Shown: piece after piece, positions 1 to 8,400 of the stretch | Numbering within the stretch: the first letter of the stretch is position 1 | Layout of the letters: the number at the start of each line of letters is the position of its first letter | DNA from: Desulfobulbus propionicus DSM 2032 | GTDB lineage: Bacteria > Desulfobacterota > Desulfobulbia > Desulfobulbales > Desulfobulbaceae | Length of the DNA stretch: 32,000 bases | NCBI RefSeq assembly: GCF_000186885.1 | Contig: NC_014972.1 | Span: 3,240,001 to 3,272,000, forward strand | Reading direction: 5' to 3' | Notes under the pieces: generated by a model | Seen by the model: the letters and a program-made list of their open reading frames with translations, nothing else | The model's database searches: none | What the model was told of the DNA's origin: nothing | Translations under genes and position numbers: made by a program

Positions 1-1
1 T

Positions 2-751
2 GTCGCCATCCATGACAGTAGCAACGTTCGATCGGTGTTGCAGCAGGCCATCGAGAATCACGCTTTGTTTGATCTGATCATCCTGGATATTCAGATGCCT
101 GCGCCGGATGGATACGCGCTTGCCCATATCATCCGACACGAGCTTGCGGAAACGGCTACAATCCCTTTGCTGGCTTACACCTCTTCGACAGAAAGAAACG
201 CGCAACGGTGCAAGGAAGCGGGATTTGACGCCTTCCTCACGAAACCGACCCGACGGGAAATTCTCTTTAAAACCATCGAAAAACTTCTGGACCCCGAAGA
301 GGTGATCGAAACTGCTCCCACCAAAGAAACCTTTATCACCCAATACAGCGTCCGCGAAGAGATAAAGCAATCGATACGAATCCTGCTTGCCGAAGACAAT
401 CCGGTTAATCAGAAACTTGCCGTCCTCATTCTGAACAAGGCCGGTTATCAGGTTGAGGTCGCCAGCAATGGTCGCAAAGCCGTCGATCTATTTACCCGAC
501 GCCCGGAAAATTTCGACCTGATCCTGATGGACATTCAGATGCCGGAGATGGATGGCCTGGCCGCCACCAAAGAGTTGCGAAGCAGGGGGTTCAACACGGT
601 TCCCATCGTCGCCATGACCGCCAATGCCATGAAGGGGGATAGGGAAATCTGCCTGAAGGCAGGCATGAACGACTACATTACCAAGCCAGTGAAACGAGAA
701 ATTATTTTTGAGATTATCGAGAAATGGCTGCATCGGGAATTGGGAAGATAG
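2..751 (+). CDS. C-terminal part of a hybrid histidine kinase / tandem receiver-domain protein (truncated at window start)
   Basis: The frame is open from base 2. It has two receiver signatures, 'FDLIILDIQMPAPDGYAL' and 'ILLAEDNPVNQKLA...FDLILMDIQMPEMDG...PIVAMTANAM...DYITKPV'. Confidence 0.9.
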   Translation, partial: VAIHDSSNVRSVLQQAIENHALFDLIILDIQMPAPDGYALAHIIRHELAETATIPLLAYTSSTERNAQRCKEAGFDAFLTKPTRREILFKTIEKLLDPEEVIETAPTKETFITQYSVREEIKQSIRILLAEDNPVNQKLAVLILNKAGYQVEVASNGRKAVDLFTRRPENFDLILMDIQMPEMDGLAATKELRSRGFNTVPIVAMTANAMKGDREICLKAGMNDYITKPVKREIIFEIIEKWLHRELGR

Positions 752-765
752 CAGGGGCGAACACA

Positions 766-2238
766 ATGGAGGATGCGTCTGGTTTATCATCCGCAAACGC
801 CGCGCCGACAGCTCACATGGGCCGGCGTGGCCGTTTTCATCTGTGGGCCTTTTCGCCCGCCTCATCCAGCCGACGCGTTGATTGCTTTTTTCGCTTGTGC
901 GCGCGCTTGCTGCTCATCATGCATCAGGAATTTATACGCACCCACCTGGCGCTTCGAGCCGCGGCCCTCACCTATTCCATCCTTCTTTCCCTTGTCCCCA
1001 TTCTGGCCTTGAGCACGTCCATTCTCAAGGGATTGGGCAACGATGAACAGCTCAAAACAACCATTGTTCGATTTATTGATCAGTGGGAACCGCCAATCCG
1101 TTCAGAAGGCGGTGGCGATATAACAGCCACCTCGCCACCCAGCGCTGATGTGACCATCACCAGCGGTGCTTCCAACGACCGGGTCCCCTCGCCGATCTCG
1201 ACCAACCTGCACCGTGCCGTTGATCTTATTTTTCAGTATGTTGACCGAACAAACTTTGCCGCGTTGGGGATTATCGGCATCATTGGCTTGATCGGGGTCA
1301 TTTTTCTCGTTCTGTCTTCGATCGAGGAGGCCATGAATGCCATCTGGCATACGCACAAAGGGCGGTCCCTATCCCGAAAGCTCATGGATTATCTGGGCCT
1401 GCTCCTCCTCCTCCCCCTCTCGCTCAATGTAGCCTTAGCCGCCGAGGCCATTCTTGCCAACGAACGTATCATGCGACAGTTGAGCATGATCATCCCCTCG
1501 GCCTGGATGGCGGCCTTGTTTTTCAAGCTGGTTCCTTTCATGTTCATCGTCCTCACCCTGATGATCATGTACCTCTTTTTTCCCCACACCAAGGTCCATT
1601 CGGGGGCGGCACTCACGGGTGCGCTGTTCGCCTCCTTCTTTTGGTTCGTTTTTCAAAAGATGTATATCACCCTGCAAATAGGAGTCGCCAATTACAACGC
1701 GATCTACGGCTCCTTTGCCTCCATTCCGCTCTTCCTGATCTGGCTGCAAATTGGCTGGACATTTATCCTGCTTGGCGCTTCCCTTGCCTATGCGATCCAA
1801 CACCAACATCACTATCGCTTTTCGATTAGTCCCGCCTCGCCGCAAAAACAGCTGCAATTGGCCTTTGACATTCTGCACCTTGTCTACAAAAATTTCGACA
1901 ATCGCCACCCCACCTCCATCGCCGCATTGGAAAACAATCTTCCCGGAAACACCGGCCCGGACATTCAGAAGGTGATTTCACTTCTCGTGCAAGGTGGTTT
2001 GCTTCGCGTAACCGAGCATCAAACGGAAGAGTCATTGCTGCCTGTGACTCCGGCGGACAGAATGTCTGCCAGCGAGGTGGTTCGGCTGGTCCTTGGCGGT
2101 GAAAGCGGGCCCTCTCACGGCGGGCAATTGGCTGCAGAGGCGATCACTGCTGCAAGCGATGCCCTCAATGGCAGTTTTTCACAATTCAGCTCCCGTCGTC
2201 GCGATCATGAAAACAGCATCACCACAGACCATTCATAG
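766..2238 (+). CDS. YihY/virulence factor BrkB family membrane protein
   Basis: 'AAALTYSILLSLVPILAL' near the N-terminus, 'YNAIYGSFASIPLFLIWLQIGWTFILLGASLAYA' in the core, and multiple hydrophobic helices. ATG at 766 is preceded by AGGGG; the ORF-track start is 724 and 919 is another candidate. Confidence 0.85.
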   Translation: MEDASGLSSANAAPTAHMGRRGRFHLWAFSPASSSRRVDCFFRLCARLLLIMHQEFIRTHLALRAAALTYSILLSLVPILALSTSILKGLGNDEQLKTTIVRFIDQWEPPIRSEGGGDITATSPPSADVTITSGASNDRVPSPISTNLHRAVDLIFQYVDRTNFAALGIIGIIGLIGVIFLVLSSIEEAMNAIWHTHKGRSLSRKLMDYLGLLLLLPLSLNVALAAEAILANERIMRQLSMIIPSAWMAALFFKLVPFMFIVLTLMIMYLFFPHTKVHSGAALTGALFASFFWFVFQKMYITLQIGVANYNAIYGSFASIPLFLIWLQIGWTFILLGASLAYAIQHQHHYRFSISPASPQKQLQLAFDILHLVYKNFDNRHPTSIAALENNLPGNTGPDIQKVISLLVQGGLLRVTEHQTEESLLPVTPADRMSASEVVRLVLGGESGPSHGGQLAAEAITAASDALNGSFSQFSSRRRDHENSITTDHS

Positions 2239-3940
2239 AATCCTCGGCAGCAACAATATCCTGCTCATTGTCGCCGATGGCTACAATGCGCCGAACAACA
2301 CACAGCCTGGCAATTTCATTGCCAGCCTGGCACTCAGCATGGCAGAAAAACTTGCCTGCTATGCGGTGGTGAATGCCAAATACAAAAGAGAAATCATGGA
2401 TCTCTCCCATGTGACAACTGTTCAAGAACGCCCCAAGGTGCGAGATTCGTTTCTTTTGCCCATAAAAAAATTTAAGGAGGAAATAGTCGGCAACGGCTTA
2501 CTGCCGCTGGTCCTGATTCTGCAAGCCATGCCACCCAAAGAGCACTGCGAGGACATGATTCTCTTCGGCTACGGCCAAGGACAACGTGCTTCGTCTGCAG
2601 CACCCCACCGCCCGACGATTTCCCCTTCCCTGCTTGCAAAAATTCGCATGGCTGTTGAAGATCAGCACTTGCGGACTGCAATCGCACCAACCAATTCCGC
2701 TTACTGCGGCAGGGAACAACAGCACCTCAATCAACTCTTTCGCCAAAAACAGTATCAGGATTTCTACGATCCGGAAGTCCGCTCGCTCTTGCTGACATTC
2801 CGACACGATTTGATCAGCCAGCGGCAAACAGCGGAATCCATCGCCTTGATGCTGGCTCCTGCGCTTGAACAATTCTGCCAATCCATGTCCCTGGTGCGAA
2901 ATATCGACATCAACAATATCGACACAACAAACGATGAGGATCTCCAGTACATATTTCGTTTGCAGGGCGATAGCCGCTATTCCGATGTATTGCGGGAATC
3001 ATACATCGAGGAACTGGCCAGCTCAATTGATCGCAACGGGCTTCTTCACCCTTTGGTTTTATTGAAAAAAAACGACGGTCGATATAAAATCCTCTGCGGT
3101 TTCAGAAGATTTCAAGCCTTGAAGAGGCTGCATCAGCCCCTTGTTGAAGCAAAGGTTTATCAGGAGAGTGATTTCTCTCCCGAAGATTTTTTCAACATCT
3201 CGCTTGCGGAGAACACCCGACGTCGGAATCTCAACCCCATTGAAATAGGGAATTTCCTCGAATCGGCCAGCAACACGTTGGGGCTCAGCAACGTGGAACT
3301 TGCTGAGCAATTCGGCGACACACTCGGGATCGGCAAACCGGGCCAAAAGGTTTCCCATTCAACCATTCATAAATATCGCAAAGTCAATCAAATCCGCTTG
3401 CGTGGCGAGTCACCGGAAATCATTTCCGATGTGGTCAATGAAAAGCTACAGTTTTCCATTGCCGCCGAATTACTCGCGCCAATCAAAAACAGTGAAGATC
3501 GCGATGCGCTGTACGCGCATATCGTCAAGCCGTTTATGCCGACTCGGCCGCAGTTAACCAAATTGCTCAACCTGCTCGAGCAGGATTCCCTTCGTTTACA
3601 CGAGACCATCGCCACGCCCCAGGTTCAACGGTCTATTGCCAAGGCATTGGCATCTCCCCAGCCCGTGACCACGCTCATCAGATTGCTCGGCAAAAAATCA
3701 GACGCAACCACGGGGGAGCACAAGGCACTGCTCGACGCAAAAGTACGCGGTATTCGCCGCAGGTGTTTTGGCGAGAATGCCAGTAAACGCGATTTTAATA
3801 TCACTCCGGCCGCTCGTGCAGGGGGCGACGAGCTGATTGTTCAATTTCGCTTGAAAAAAGGGGAAACTCAGCGAACCCTTGAACTCCTGGCAAACGCACT
3901 CACCCAAGACGACTTGTTTGCCGAGGAACCATCAGCCTGA
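2207..3940 (+). CDS. ParB/RepB/Spo0J-like protein with a ~280-aa N-terminal domain resembling a degenerate N-formylglutamate amidohydrolase fold
   Basis: ParB-like core: 'YIEELASSIDRNGLLHPLVLLKKNDGRYKILCGFRRFQALKRL...FFNISLAENTRRRNLNPIEIG...LSNVELAEQFG...VSHSTIHKYRKVNQI'. The start is uncertain: the 2093 TTG ORF overlaps the upstream gene, and ATG codons occur at 2159, 2168 and 2207. Confidence 0.75.
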   Translation: MKTASPQTIHRILGSNNILLIVADGYNAPNNTQPGNFIASLALSMAEKLACYAVVNAKYKREIMDLSHVTTVQERPKVRDSFLLPIKKFKEEIVGNGLLPLVLILQAMPPKEHCEDMILFGYGQGQRASSAAPHRPTISPSLLAKIRMAVEDQHLRTAIAPTNSAYCGREQQHLNQLFRQKQYQDFYDPEVRSLLLTFRHDLISQRQTAESIALMLAPALEQFCQSMSLVRNIDINNIDTTNDEDLQYIFRLQGDSRYSDVLRESYIEELASSIDRNGLLHPLVLLKKNDGRYKILCGFRRFQALKRLHQPLVEAKVYQESDFSPEDFFNISLAENTRRRNLNPIEIGNFLESASNTLGLSNVELAEQFGDTLGIGKPGQKVSHSTIHKYRKVNQIRLRGESPEIISDVVNEKLQFSIAAELLAPIKNSEDRDALYAHIVKPFMPTRPQLTKLLNLLEQDSLRLHETIATPQVQRSIAKALASPQPVTTLIRLLGKKSDATTGEHKALLDAKVRGIRRRCFGENASKRDFNITPAARAGGDELIVQFRLKKGETQRTLELLANALTQDDLFAEEPSA

Positions 3941-3994
3941 TCAAGAACACATACCCAGGACATCCATGCCCTTGTTGGGCAAGCGCTTCTCCGT

Positions 3995-4010
3995 TTTTCG
4001 CATGCGAAAA
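3995..4010. repeat. 16-bp perfect palindrome TTTTCGCATGCGAAAA in a convergent intergenic region
   Basis: Direct reading: TTTTCGCA|TGCGAAAA. Confidence 0.75.
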
Positions 4011-4100
4011 TAGCTCTCTTTGATCGTTATCACCACGAACGGGCGAGAGGCTCTTTTGCAGTGATTCTTTTTCTGACTGCAGGACGAAAAAAAGTGCGTT

Positions 4101-5144
4101 TCATGCCTTGCCGAAACTGCACACCGGATACTGGCAGCGAGTGCAGTTGCGGCACAGACCACCGTGTCCAAGTGTCGCCAGTTCATCGCGACCAATGAAT
4201 TCCCCGGTGAGGACACGCGGCAACACCAAATCCAACACAGTGATCTTGTGAAACATGCCGCAAGCTGGCACCCCCAGGACCGGGACCCGGCCGATCCGGC
4301 CGACGAGAAACATGGCTCCCGGCAGCACCGGCGTACCGTAGACCATTGCCTTGGCTCCGGCCTCCTTGATGCCAATGCGAGTGACATCATCCGGGTCCAC
4401 CGACATGCCGCCGGAGGTGACGATCAATTCCGCACCGGCCTCGAGACATTTGCGGATCTCGTCGGCAATGAGTCCCGGGTCGTCCGGTGCAAAACCCACC
4501 CGGATCACATCAGACCCTAGCCGAGTCAATTTATCACGCAGGACCTGTTCGAACTTATCCTCGATACGCCCGTGGAACACCTCGCTCCCGGTGATCACCA
4601 ACCCAGCCTCTACTTTTGCAAGCGGTCGCACTTGAATTATCGGCGTTCCCGAGGAAGCGATCGCAACGGCCTCGTCCACCACTTTCCGCTTGCCGACCAG
4701 TGGAATCATCCGGGAAGCAGCCACCTGCTCGCCTTTTTCGACTGGGGTATTGTCTTGCAACGTGGCGCACATGACCTCGCCCAGCACGTTCAACCGGTAC
4801 AACGACTCCCGATTGATCTTGAGCAGACCATCGGTTGCCGCCACGATGCTGACCTTGCCCTCGACAATCTCCCGGGAATACTCCGTCCCAGGACCCGCCA
4901 AGGCTTCAGCCATCAGCAGCGCCGCCTCGTTTTCATGGATTTCATCCTGACTCAACCGAAGCACATAAATGTGTTCCTTGCCGAGCCGACGGAGGTGCTC
5001 CACATCTTCAGGCCGGATCACATGGCCTTTTTTAAAGGCGCGTCCCTTAAATTCGTCCTTGACGATCTCGGTGATATCATGGGGCAATACCATGCCCACC
5101 GCCTCTGCCACCGGTACAACTTTTTTCAGCGATTCTTCGTTCAT
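4101..5144 (-). CDS. Molybdopterin-binding (MoeA/MoCF-like) protein with a C-terminal Cys cluster
   Basis: 'LVITGSEVFHGRIEDKFEQVLRDKL...ELIVTSGGMSVDPDDVTRIGI...PVLPGAMFLVGRIGRVPVLGVPACGMF' matches the MoCF-binding domain. The tail is 'GLCRNCTRCQYPVCSFGKA'. Confidence 0.85.
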   Translation of the reverse strand: MNEESLKKVVPVAEAVGMVLPHDITEIVKDEFKGRAFKKGHVIRPEDVEHLRRLGKEHIYVLRLSQDEIHENEAALLMAEALAGPGTEYSREIVEGKVSIVAATDGLLKINRESLYRLNVLGEVMCATLQDNTPVEKGEQVAASRMIPLVGKRKVVDEAVAIASSGTPIIQVRPLAKVEAGLVITGSEVFHGRIEDKFEQVLRDKLTRLGSDVIRVGFAPDDPGLIADEIRKCLEAGAELIVTSGGMSVDPDDVTRIGIKEAGAKAMVYGTPVLPGAMFLVGRIGRVPVLGVPACGMFHKITVLDLVLPRVLTGEFIGRDELATLGHGGLCRNCTRCQYPVCSFGKA

Positions 5145-5215
5145 GCCCTTTCACCTGCGCCGCCATGTGCGCTTCAACAGTCAATTGGTTGCAAATGCTG
5201 CACTTCTCGCCTTCC

Positions 5216-5234
5216 ATGATCGGTAAACGATCAT
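5216..5234. repeat. Inverted repeat ATGATCG-GTAAA-CGATCAT upstream of the MoeA-like gene
   Basis: 7-bp perfect arms with a 5-nt spacer. Confidence 0.5.
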
Positions 5235-5332
5235 ACAGACTGCAACCACCTACGCTCTTTTTTTATCAGAATAACGACTTGAATACAATCTCTTTCAGGC
5301 GGACATCCTCTGGACGAGGCACGGCTAGCATC

Positions 5333-5361
5333 TTTACCCGCTCAAAACGATAGGGTAGAAT
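5333..5361 (+). promoter_or_regulatory. Possible sigma70-type promoter for the Trm112-like gene (TTTACC-N17-TAGAAT)
   Basis: -35 TTTACC at 5333-5338, 17-bp spacer, -10 TAGAAT at 5356-5361, about 100 bp upstream of the ATG at 5463. Confidence 0.3.
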
Positions 5362-5462
5362 GCCTAGAATCGCGGGGCCAAATAGAGTAAAGGCCTTACA
5401 CAAACACGATGCGTGCATGTTGCCGCTACGCGCGGCACAACGAGGAAGCAAAGGACCAACTT

Positions 5463-5636
5463 ATGATCAAACAAGAACTGCTGGAAATACTGGCCTGCCC
5501 GCAATGCAAGGGGCCGGTTGAATTGAACCCGGAAAGCAACGGCATTGTTTGCCGGGCCTGCGGCCTGCTCTACCCGGTACGCGACGATATCCCGATCATG
5601 CTGATCGACGAGGCCAAGCCGCTGGATAAAGAATGA
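5463..5636 (+). CDS. Trm112 family small protein
   Basis: 'LLEILACPQCKGPVEL...GIVCRACGLLYPVRDDIPIMLIDEA' has the characteristic CPxC...CxxC and YPVxDxIPxML motifs. Confidence 0.9.
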   Translation: MIKQELLEILACPQCKGPVELNPESNGIVCRACGLLYPVRDDIPIMLIDEAKPLDKE

Positions 5637-5643
5637 CATTCAA

Positions 5644-5681
5644 AACAGGAACCGGCGGACCATTGGCCGCCGATTCCTGTT
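5644..5681 (-). terminator. Intrinsic terminator of ppsA, in a convergent intergenic region
   Basis: AACAGGAA-C-CGGCGG / loop ACCATTGG / CCGCCG-A-TTCCTGTT: a 15-position stem with one mismatch, followed on the minus strand by a short TTTT run. Confidence 0.65.
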
Positions 5682-5705
5682 GCGTTGCTCCTGCCCGCTG
5701 TCTCT

Positions 5706-8156
5706 TTAAGGAGCGATACCCAGTTCACGCTCCTTGGCGGCAATGGCCAATCGGGTTTTGACCACCGTATCCGAGACCAAGCTGATGGAGTCGATCCCTT
5801 CCTCCACGAGGAATGTGGCGAAATCAGGGAAATCCGACGGCGCCTGCCCGCAGATACCGATCTTTCGACCACGTCGCCTGGCGGTGGCGATCACCATCTT
5901 GATCAGTGTTTTCACCGCCTCGTTGCGCTCGTTGTAAATATGCGCAACCAAATCGGAGTCCCGGTCAAGACCGAGCGTCAGCTGCGTCAAATCATTGGAG
6001 CCGATGGAAAAACCATCAAACACATCGCAGAAGGCATCGGCGGCGATGACATTGGACGGAATCTCGCACATTACGTAGACCTCCAACCCGTTTTCACCCT
6101 GCACCAGGCCGTTTTCCCGCATCACCTCGATGACCTTGCGCCCCTCCTCCGGAGTACGGCAGAACGGGACCATCAGCTTGATGTTGGTCAACCCCATTTC
6201 GTTGCGCGCCTTAAGGAGAGCCTTGCACTCGAGATCAAAGGCGGCTCGATAGCGCGGATCATAATAACGAGACGCACCGCGCCAGCCAATCATTGGATTT
6301 GATTCCTCCGGCTCGTAGAGATGACCGCCGATGAGATTGGCGTACTCATTGGATTTGAAGTCCGAAAGCCGGACAATCACATCCTTGGGATAGAAACCGG
6401 CACCAATCCGCCCCACTCCCTCGGCCAGTTTATCGATGAAATACTGACGCTTGTCGTGCGGGTATGCCGTGGTGCGAGCGTTGATGTCCTCGACGATCTC
6501 AAGCACCTCGTCGTCCACCTCGGAGAGTTCGCACAGCTTTTCGTAGTTGATCAGGGCCATCGGGTGAATGCCGATGTGGGAGTTGATGATGAATTCCTCA
6601 CGCGCCAAACCAACCCCTTCGTTGGGCAATTGCCCCTCGACAAAGGCTTTTTCCGGTAGACCGACATTCATCATCACCTTGGTGCGCGTAACGGGGATGT
6701 TGTCGAGATCCAGGGTTTCGACAGCGAATTCGAGCAATCCGTCATAAATATGCCCCGTCTCCCCCTCGGCGCAGGAAACGGTGACCTGCTGGCCGTTTTG
6801 AATCATCTGCGTGCCATTTTCAGTGCCGATGACGCAGGGGATACCCAACTCGCGAGAAATAATCGCCGCGTGACAGGTCCGGCCACCGCGGTTGGTGACG
6901 ATGGCGCCGGCGGTCTTCATGATCGGTTCCCAATCCGGGTCGGTCATATCGGTGACCAGGACCTCGCCGGCCTTGAAGTCATGAATCTGGCTGACATCGT
7001 TGAGAATCCGGGTCACGCCCTGACCGATCTTGGCGCCGACCGCTTGACCGCTTGCCAGCACGGTACCCTTTTGCTTGAGCACGTAGGTTTCCATAGTCCG
7101 TTTGCAGGCCTGGGAATGAACGGTCTCCGGCCGGGCCTGGACGATGAACAAATTACCGGTACCCACTGCCTGGCCATCGCCATCCTTGGCCCATTCGATG
7201 TCCATGGGTCGGCCGTAGTGGTCCTCGATGATACAGGCCCAACGCGCCAGTTGCAGGATCTCGTCGTCACTGAGGATGTAGGAGCCGCGTTCCTCCGCCG
7301 TGGTTTCCACGTTCTTCACCGGTTCCTCGGCGTTCGAATCGGGATTGTAGATCATCTTGATTTCCTTGGTCCCTACCCGCTTACCGACGATCGGCCGCTT
7401 GCCCTCTTTCAAGGTCGGCTTGAAAATGTAATATTCGTCGGGATTGACCGCCCCTTGCACCACATTTTCTCCCAATCCCCAGGCTCCAGTGAGAAAAACG
7501 GCATCCTTGAACCCGGATTCGGTGTCGATGGAAAACATGACACCCGAACAGGCGGAGTCGGATCGCACCATCTTCTGCACCACGATCGACAGATACACAT
7601 CGAATTGGCCGAACCCTTTGTCATGCCGGTAGGAAATGGCGCGATCGGTGAATAAGGAGGCAAAACAGCGCTTGCAGGCGTCGATGAGCGCCTCAGGGCC
7701 GCGGATGTTGAGGTAGGTGTCCTGCTGACCGGCAAAAGAGGCGTCGGGAAGATCCTCGGCAGTTGCGGACGAACGAACAGCCACATCCACGTTTTGTCCG
7801 TACTCTTCCTCCATTTTTTGATAGGCGCTGATAATCGCCTGGCGCAAATCTGCGGGGAATTCGGCGTTGCGGATAATGTTCCGCACCTTGGCACCGCGGG
7901 CTTGGAGGTTGTGCAGATCATGGGTATCGAGACCCGCCAGGGCGTCACGGATAGCCGCCTCGACCCCTGCCTCCTGGAGTAAATAACGATAGGCATAGGC
8001 AGTGATGGCGTAGCCGTTGGGCACCGCCACCCCCTTGGAAGTTAACTTCTGATGCATTTCGCCCAAGGAAGCGTTCTTGCCGCCCACCATCGGCACGTCC
8101 TCGATGCCGATTTCATCAAACCAAAGAATCAGTGCTGTATCGTGTCGGTTTTCCAT
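5706..8156 (-). CDS. ppsA: Phosphoenolpyruvate synthase (pyruvate, water dikinase)
   Basis: 'MVGGKNASLGEM', the 'GGRTCHAAIISRELGIPCVIGT' phosphohistidine region, and 'KLMVPFCRTPEEGRKVIEVM...GSNDLTQLTLGLDRDS' with 'GQAPSDFPDFATFLVEEGIDSISL'. Confidence 0.97.
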   Translation of the reverse strand: MENRHDTALILWFDEIGIEDVPMVGGKNASLGEMHQKLTSKGVAVPNGYAITAYAYRYLLQEAGVEAAIRDALAGLDTHDLHNLQARGAKVRNIIRNAEFPADLRQAIISAYQKMEEEYGQNVDVAVRSSATAEDLPDASFAGQQDTYLNIRGPEALIDACKRCFASLFTDRAISYRHDKGFGQFDVYLSIVVQKMVRSDSACSGVMFSIDTESGFKDAVFLTGAWGLGENVVQGAVNPDEYYIFKPTLKEGKRPIVGKRVGTKEIKMIYNPDSNAEEPVKNVETTAEERGSYILSDDEILQLARWACIIEDHYGRPMDIEWAKDGDGQAVGTGNLFIVQARPETVHSQACKRTMETYVLKQKGTVLASGQAVGAKIGQGVTRILNDVSQIHDFKAGEVLVTDMTDPDWEPIMKTAGAIVTNRGGRTCHAAIISRELGIPCVIGTENGTQMIQNGQQVTVSCAEGETGHIYDGLLEFAVETLDLDNIPVTRTKVMMNVGLPEKAFVEGQLPNEGVGLAREEFIINSHIGIHPMALINYEKLCELSEVDDEVLEIVEDINARTTAYPHDKRQYFIDKLAEGVGRIGAGFYPKDVIVRLSDFKSNEYANLIGGHLYEPEESNPMIGWRGASRYYDPRYRAAFDLECKALLKARNEMGLTNIKLMVPFCRTPEEGRKVIEVMRENGLVQGENGLEVYVMCEIPSNVIAADAFCDVFDGFSIGSNDLTQLTLGLDRDSDLVAHIYNERNEAVKTLIKMVIATARRRGRKIGICGQAPSDFPDFATFLVEEGIDSISLVSDTVVKTRLAIAAKERELGIAP

Positions 8157-8227
8157 CTGTTACTCCCTTGTGAAATGAATCGCCAGTTGGATGACTCCTT
8201 CTCCTCAAACCGTCCGTTTTCGGAAAC

Positions 8228-8244
8228 TAGCGTTTATGACGCTA
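8228..8244. repeat. Inverted repeat TAGCGT-TTATG-ACGCTA just downstream of the ppsA -10
   Basis: 6-bp perfect arms with a 5-bp spacer, read directly. Confidence 0.5.
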
Positions 8245-8247
8245 ACT

Positions 8248-8276
8248 ATATTAAAAAAAATCATCTAGCCGGTCAA
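8248..8276 (-). promoter_or_regulatory. Candidate sigma70-type promoter for ppsA (TTGACC-N17-TAATAT)
   Basis: On the minus strand, -35 TTGACC lies at 8276-8271 and -10 TAATAT at 8253-8248. Confidence 0.5.
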
Positions 8277-8313
8277 CCGAAACGTCTGCCTTGCGTCCAT
8301 GCTTCGTAGCCAC

Positions 8314-8342
8314 TTGCCATGCGTTGTTCCTGGGGCTATAAT
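8314..8342 (+). promoter_or_regulatory. Strong candidate sigma70 promoter for the phosphoglucomutase gene (TTGCCA-N17-TATAAT)
   Basis: -35 TTGCCA at 8314-8319, 17-bp spacer, perfect -10 TATAAT at 8337-8342. Confidence 0.7.
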
Positions 8343-8358
8343 AATGAAATATTTCATT
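8343..8358. repeat. 16-bp perfect palindrome AATGAAATATTTCATT abutting the -10, putative operator
   Basis: Direct reading: AATGAAAT|ATTTCATT. Confidence 0.6.
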
Positions 8359-8400
8359 TTTCATCAAGTTCCGACTATATTTAAGCAAGGGAGCGCGAGG

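Noticed and set aside
5266-5451. Small minus-strand ORF (61 aa) in the long intergenic region
   Set aside because: No recognisable domain and no clear RBS. It is kept only as part of the intergenic observation.
5685-7655. Three long plus-strand ORFs (205, 112 and 301 aa) opposite ppsA
   Set aside because: They are complementary to the well-supported ppsA coding sequence and have no independent homology cues.
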